Positions 27,853-32,000 of a stretch of DNA of 32,000 bases are shown here, in pieces. This DNA comes from Microcystis aeruginosa NIES-843. GTDB taxonomy: Bacteria > Cyanobacteriota > Cyanobacteriia > Cyanobacteriales > Microcystaceae. The position numbers and the translations under genes are program-made. How positions within the stretch are numbered: the first letter of the stretch is position 1; each line of letters starts with the position of its first letter. The notes under the pieces were generated by a model. The model made no database searches. It was not told the DNA's origin and saw nothing but the letters and a program-made list of their open reading frames with translations. The stretch lies in contig NC_010296.1 of assembly GCF_000010625.1 (NCBI RefSeq), positions 1,020,001 to 1,052,000 of the forward strand, given 5' to 3'.

Positions 27853-27962
27853 CTCCGAAAACGTAGGGACAATTCATGAATTTTACTCCAAAAATGTAGG
27901 GACAATTCATGAATTGTCCCTACCAAGGGTTTCAGATTACGCATATTTAATTTTCGGAAATA
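27853..27962. mobile_element. Small palindromic MITE-like element containing a perfect 28-nt palindrome
   Basis: Outer inverted repeats ctccgaaaa (27853-) / ttttcggaaa (-27960). A half-copy gtagggacaattcatgaatt lies at 27863-27882 and the perfect palindrome gtagggacaattcatgaattgtccctac at 27896-27923. Confidence 0.6.
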
Positions 27963-28011
27963 TCTATTCTCTATCATCTGGGATTATTGGCATATCTGTA
28001 ATGATTTGATG

Positions 28012-28363
28012 GCAGGGAAAACAATTAATTCCACGGATTAGAGAAGAATTCCCTAATCTCAAACAACAGCAAGAACTTTTAGAATTGATAGAGACAATCT
28101 TGGTTTATAAGTTACCCCAAGTCAGTAGAAAGTAGATAGAAGCGATGTTTAGTTTAAGTGATTTAAAACAAACTAAAGTGTATCAGGAAGCTTTAGAAGA
28201 AGGTAGAGAGGAGGGCCGACAAGAAGGTGAATTAGCGGCAAAATTAGCCTCTATTCCTCGTTTATTGGCATTAGGATTAAACTTTGAACAGATAGCACAA
28301 GCTTTAGAATTAGATATCGAACAGGTTAGACAAGCAACTCAAAGGGAATAGGAAAGGTTCAAA
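28012..28363 (+). repeat. Right copy of the 352-bp duplication, containing the identical 68-aa DUF4351 ORF 28145..28351
   Basis: See the left copy. Inside the 68-aa ORF the only two differences are synonymous (gca/gcg Ala, cag/caa Gln). Confidence 0.9.
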
Positions 28364-28663
28364 CTTTGACAAATTGATACAATTGCTGGTGGCTATCTTT
28401 TGCCGGTAGCCATCAAGTAAAAATCGGCAACCCCGAAAATCTCTCAAGTCTTCTGTAGCTAAAGAGAAATCAAAAGTACAAACCCAATAAGACAAAATTA
28501 TTCCTAATCTGCCTTCTTCTAATTCGCTGACTGCCACTATTTGATTATCAGTATTTCTTAAAACAATTGTCCCATTTTTGTATATATCCGTAAATCCGCC
28601 AGTTGCTATACACGGACTACCGACTTGCCATTGATTATTAATTGGCATTAAGTAGGGAGGCAC
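28310..28663 (-). CDS. Hypothetical small protein whose C-terminus reads through into repeat sequence
   Basis: The likely start MPINNQWQVG is at 28648. Compared with the homologous stub at 24864 (…tgc TGA), this copy has tgc CGA, so the frame continues ~45 codons into the antisense of the DUF4351 repeat. No family recognised. Confidence 0.35.
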   Translation of the reverse strand: MPPYLMPINNQWQVGSPCIATGGFTDIYKNGTIVLRNTDNQIVAVSELEEGRLGIILSYWVCTFDFSLATEDLRDFRGCRFLLDGYRQKIATSNCINLSKFEPFLFPLSCLSNLFDI

Positions 28664-28740
28664 AATTATTTGTAGGATGGGTTAGCGGTAGCGTAACATA
28701 ATCGGGCGTTGGGTTTCATGCTTCAACCCAACCTACGTTC
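28651..28740. mobile_element. MITE-C copy 1 (90 bp, hairpin-rich)
   Basis: About 90% identical to the reverse complement of 31071-31160. Contains the hairpin gttgggtttcatgcttcaacccaac. Flanked by a 26-bp direct duplication (28625-28650 = 28741-28766). Confidence 0.8.
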
Positions 28741-28860
28741 TTGCCATTGATTATTAATTGGCATTACTTGTTTAAATATTGTCATAGATCCAGTGAGAGT
28801 ATTAACTGGACTAGCTATTACTGCTTACTGCATGGCAACCAACAAAAATGTGGACAAAGC

Positions 28861-29093
28861 TTTAATCATATACAACTTCAAAACTAATACAAATATTCCA
28901 CAACGCCTTATTGTATTTTTACTGAAAATTTTTTATAACATTTTTAAATTATGTACGTTATAACTATTAAGATTATTAAACCAATCTTAGTATTTGAGTA
29001 TTAATTACTTACTTTTTTGTTGGTGCTATAATATTTTTAACTTTATTTAAATAAAAGTCATGCAAAAAATACAAGTGATTCCAAGAAAAGGTA
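28861..29093 (+). promoter_or_regulatory. AT-rich leader-like tract with a candidate extended -10 promoter (TGcTATAAT, 29024-29032)
   Basis: I counted 51 G/C in 28861-29100 (~21% GC), far below the rest of the window. No ORF. It ends at the CRISPR-type repeat. No good -35 sequence is visible. Confidence 0.4.
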
Positions 29094-29130
29094 GTTCCAA
29101 TTAATCTTAATCCCTATTAGGGATTGAAAC
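29094..29130 (+). CRISPR. Solitary 37-nt CRISPR-type repeat GTTCCAATTAATCTTAATCCCTATTAGGGATTGAAAC with no spacers and no second repeat
   Basis: It has a GTT... start, an internal 6-bp hairpin aatccc-tatta-gggatt and an ATTGAAAC 3' end (the 8-nt handle of Cas6-processed class 1 repeats). It closely resembles 37-nt repeats I recall from Microcystis and other cyanobacterial I-D/III arrays. I found no other copy in the window on either strand. Confidence 0.65.
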
Positions 29131-29203
29131 TTGGAGGCAAAAATCAGCGATACTGATATTGAGATCACGATGGTGAATCCAGAAGAGATAAAGGAGACAG
29201 AAA

Positions 29204-29536
29204 ATGGATAACGAAACCGTCACTTATTCCCTAGAAGCAGTTCTGACAAGGATTGAGGGGAAAATTGACTCTCTGGAAAAACGGATCGATGACAGATTTG
29301 ATAAGGTAGATAAGAGATTTGATAAGATAGAAGAACGGTTGACGAAAGTGGAAATAGGACAAGTCGAACTCAAAGGGGAGATTAAAGCCTTAGATGAGCG
29401 ACTAACCACAGAAATTAAAGGGTTAACTGCAAGAGTCGCCTATCAGGAATTTACCAATCGGGGGATTCTCATCGCTCTGGTTGTGGCCATTTTAGGAGGG
29501 GCTGCTAAACTTTTTGGTTTTTTCCCCAATCCCTAA
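29204..29536 (+). CDS. Coiled-coil protein with a C-terminal TM anchor, 110 aa
   Basis: Strong RBS AAGGAG 8 nt upstream. Repetitive (R)(I/F)DK... heptads, then GILIALVVAILGGAAKLFGFF. Family unknown. Confidence 0.7.
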   Translation: MDNETVTYSLEAVLTRIEGKIDSLEKRIDDRFDKVDKRFDKIEERLTKVEIGQVELKGEIKALDERLTTEIKGLTARVAYQEFTNRGILIALVVAILGGAAKLFGFFPNP

Positions 29537-29639
29537 CAGCGATCGCCCTAAAATGCTGTAGAATTAGCTTGACAAAAGTGAGACAAGGCCAAAGACTCTC
29601 TCGAAATGCAGTTAAATAATTGGATGGCGACCTAAAAAT

Positions 29640-30992
29640 ATGAGTGAATTAACTATTCGTCCAGCTAAAATTAGTGGTGTCATCCCAGATTCGATCGCCG
29701 CCGAGGTGGGTTTTGAAATCGGGGATGCGCTCCTCTCTATCAATGGTAATCGTCCCCGGGACTTAATCGATTATCAATTTTTATGTGCCGATGAATTTTT
29801 AACCCTAGAAGTGCTTGATAGTCAGGGCAAAACTCACCGGATAGAAATCGAAAAAGATTATCATGAAGACTTAGGTTTAGAGTTTGAAACTGCCCTTTTT
29901 GATGGCTTAATTCAGTGCAATAATAAATGTCCTTTTTGCTTTATCGACCAACAACCAGAGGGCAAAAGAGAAACTTTATACTATAAAGATGATGACTATC
30001 GCTTAAGTTTTCTCTATGGCAGTTATTTAACCTTAACTAATCTCACCTCAAAAGAATGGCAGCGGATCGAAAAGATGCACATATCACCGCTTTTTGTGTC
30101 CGTTCATGCCACGGAACCCGATCTGAGGATTCGTCTCTTAAAAAATCCCCGCGCTGGTCAAATTTTAGACCATTTAAAATGGCTACAAGCCAGACAATTA
30201 CAAATTCATGCCCAAGTGGTAGTTTGTCCCAATATTAATGATGGAATTCATCTCGAAAGAACCCTGTTAGATCTGGTTTCTTTTCATCGGGGAGATATTC
30301 CCTGTGTGGAGTCGATTGCCGTAGTTCCCGTGGGATTAACCCGCTTTCGTCCCCAAGAAGATGAATTAATTCCCGTTAGCCAAGAAAAAGCGCGAGAAGT
30401 GATCGAACAAGTCCAAACTTTACAGAAACAATTTTGTCAAGAATTTGGCAGTAATGTGGTATGGTTAGCCGATGAATGGTTTTTAATTGCCCGAGTCGAT
30501 TTACCACCTCAATCTCACTACGAAGACTATCCCCAAATCGGTAACGGGGTTGGCTCGATTCGTCAATTTCTTAGGGATTTCCAGAAGACAGCCAAGAAGT
30601 TATTACCTGCTCAAATTAATCCTTCTAGACGGTTAATATGGGTAGTGGGAAATGCGGTAGAACAAGCTTTTCAACCCCTAGTTAAACAGTTAAATAATCT
30701 GCGAGGTTTAACCGTGGAATTAGTGGCTTTAAATAGTGATTATTGGGGGCAGGAAATCACGGTTACGGGTTTATTAACCGGGCAAGATATTCTCAAAGGA
30801 TTACAAGGTAAAAATCTTGGGGATGGGGTTTTATTACCCTCCCTCATGCTCAAGCATGGGGAATCGGTATTTTTAGATGATCTCACCCTAGAAACTGTTA
30901 TTAATCAGTTAGGAGTCCCTATTTATCCAGTCCTGGGAGTGGAGGAATTAATTAAAACTTGTCTTACTCTCAATCCCTTGAACAAATCCTAA
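29640..30992 (+). CDS. PDZ plus radical-SAM (DUF512 / cyanobacterial FeS oxidoreductase-type) protein, 450 aa
   Basis: N-terminal PDZ-like segment (GFEIGDALLSINGN), Cx3Cx2C motif CNNKCPFC, and overall DUF512-like architecture. Confidence 0.8.
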   Translation: MSELTIRPAKISGVIPDSIAAEVGFEIGDALLSINGNRPRDLIDYQFLCADEFLTLEVLDSQGKTHRIEIEKDYHEDLGLEFETALFDGLIQCNNKCPFCFIDQQPEGKRETLYYKDDDYRLSFLYGSYLTLTNLTSKEWQRIEKMHISPLFVSVHATEPDLRIRLLKNPRAGQILDHLKWLQARQLQIHAQVVVCPNINDGIHLERTLLDLVSFHRGDIPCVESIAVVPVGLTRFRPQEDELIPVSQEKAREVIEQVQTLQKQFCQEFGSNVVWLADEWFLIARVDLPPQSHYEDYPQIGNGVGSIRQFLRDFQKTAKKLLPAQINPSRRLIWVVGNAVEQAFQPLVKQLNNLRGLTVELVALNSDYWGQEITVTGLLTGQDILKGLQGKNLGDGVLLPSLMLKHGESVFLDDLTLETVINQLGVPIYPVLGVEELIKTCLTLNPLNKS

Positions 30993-31004
30993 TCTTGAGA
31001 ATAG

Positions 31005-31226
31005 ACAATTATCAGTAATCGGTGATCAGATTTGAGTTTTTAAGTAGGTGGGTGGAATTAAATATAAGATGAACGTAGGTTGGGTTGAAGCATGAAACCC
31101 AACTCCCGCATGGGTTACGCTACCGCTAACCCATCCTACAAATAATTGTGCCTCCCTACTTAGTGAGCGGTATTAAGTAGAAAATTGCCGTTTTCTTGGC
31201 ACTGATCACTGATTACTGATTACTGT
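31005..31226. repeat. Heptamer-repeat hairpin element H3, interrupted by MITE-C copy 2
   Basis: Left arm caattatcagtaatcggtgatcag plus core atttgagttttt aagt. Right arm cactgatcactgattactgattactg. It lies between the convergent stops at 30992 and 31228. Confidence 0.8.
31071..31160. mobile_element. MITE-C copy 2 (90 bp), nested inside H3
   Basis: Aligns with the reverse complement of 28651-28740. Differences cluster in the central 12 nt. Confidence 0.8.
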
Positions 31227-31227
31227 C

Positions 31228-32000
31228 TTAGCCTAGCTCCGCATTACCTGTCCCTTGAAACATCAGCCAAGAGAGGAAAAAATTAGCCACAAAAATCGCT
31301 AATAAAGAAGTTACCACAGCCGTGGTAGTAGATTGACCAACTCCTTTAGCACCGCCGGTGGTGGTTAAACCCCAACTGCAACCGATAATAGCAATTAAAA
31401 CCCCAAAAATTAGGGACTTTAACATAGAACTAATTAAATCCCATGTTTCCAGAAAATTTTGGGCTGATTGTAAGAATAGGGAATAGGAAATACCGTAAAG
31501 ACTATCGGAAATAAATAAACCACCGAGTAGCCCTGTGACTAAAGAGATAATAGTGAGCAGGGGTAACATTAAACTACAGGCAATCACCCGAGGAATGACC
31601 AAATAATCGATCGGATCGGTTTTTAAAATATATAAAGCGTCAATTTGTTCTGTTACTCGCATTGTACCAATTTCGGCGGCAAAAGCCGAGCCAACTCTCC
31701 CCGCCACCACCACCGCGGTTAAAACCGGGGCTAATTCTCTTGTTAAAGCCAAGGAAAGGACTCCCCCAACAAAACTACCCGCCCCAAAAAAAATAAATTC
31801 TCTGGCTACCTGAATAGTGAAAACCATACCCACAAAAGCAGCAGTAATTAGGGCAATTGTCAAGGATTCTGGCCCCACAATACTCATTTGTTCCAGAGTA
31901 TTACGCCGGTGGATTTTGCCATTAAGAATATGTAAAAAAGTTTGTCCCGCTAACAAACCGGCAGCCCCCAAACGCTGAAACCATAAACTTAAACCACCGG
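31228..32000 (-). CDS. MlaE/Ttg2B-family ABC transporter permease (partial; N-terminus lies beyond the window)
   Basis: Multi-TM protein with the RVTEQIDAL motif typical of MlaE-type permeases. The reading frame stays open to the window edge. Confidence 0.85.
   Translation of the reverse strand, partial: GGLSLWFQRLGAAGLLAGQTFLHILNGKIHRRNTLEQMSIVGPESLTIALITAAFVGMVFTIQVAREFIFFGAGSFVGGVLSLALTRELAPVLTAVVVAGRVGSAFAAEIGTMRVTEQIDALYILKTDPIDYLVIPRVIACSLMLPLLTIISLVTGLLGGLFISDSLYGISYSLFLQSAQNFLETWDLISSMLKSLIFGVLIAIIGCSWGLTTTGGAKGVGQSTTTAVVTSLLAIFVANFFLSWLMFQGTGNAELG

Noticed and set aside
27797-28009. 70-aa ORF in the spacer of the 596-bp duplication
   Set aside because: It runs across the doc ghost, the duplicated gtagggacaattcatgaatt units (giving a repeated NVGTIHE) and the palindrome, so it is repeat-derived rather than a gene.
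28651-28740. tRNA-like look of MITE-C (a gttgggtttcatgcttcaacccaac stem-loop resembling a T-arm or anticodon arm)
   Set aside because: No cloverleaf can be drawn: there is no acceptor stem, no conserved GTTC T-loop and no D-arm. The second copy differs in the middle without compensatory structure.

Overview
The window looks like chromosomal DNA from a unicellular cyanobacterium, most likely Microcystis-like. This is inferred from gene content, at least 12 HIP1 GCGATCGC sites noted by eye, and a very dense load of MITEs and heptamer repeats; no database search was possible. Housekeeping genes are clear: ndhC-ndhK-ndhJ, a ubiD-type decarboxylase, psbV, remA-gmk, clpP, tgt, psbK, gatA, a PDZ/radical-SAM DUF512-type gene and a partial mlaE-type permease. 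Between them lies accessory material. (1) Two 95%-identical tnpB-only IS200/IS605-type elements with predicted omega-RNA regions, plus a third solo right-end remnant. (2) An IS701-family IS that splits a pentapeptide-repeat gene, with a 4-bp CTAA duplication. (3) An ABC/AAA-type ATPase translationally coupled to a Toprim-like partner (an OLD/PARIS/AbiL-like defence-type pair); the partner is cleanly interrupted by a 182-bp MITE. (4) A 3.5-kb patchwork island at the 3' end of gatA, bounded by ~86-bp direct repeats, carrying a Doc/RHH toxin-antitoxin pair, a NucS/DUF91-like PD-(D/E)xK nuclease and duplicated Rpn-family (DUF4351) remnants. (5) A single 37-nt CRISPR-type repeat behind a 21% GC leader-like tract, with no spacers and no cas genes, sitting in the probable 5' UTR of a small coiled-coil membrane protein gene. 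(6) A three-gene operon in which paralogous solute-binding-like domains are fused to a vWA domain and to an M48 HtpX-type protease. All family names come from motif recognition and need HMM or BLAST confirmation.
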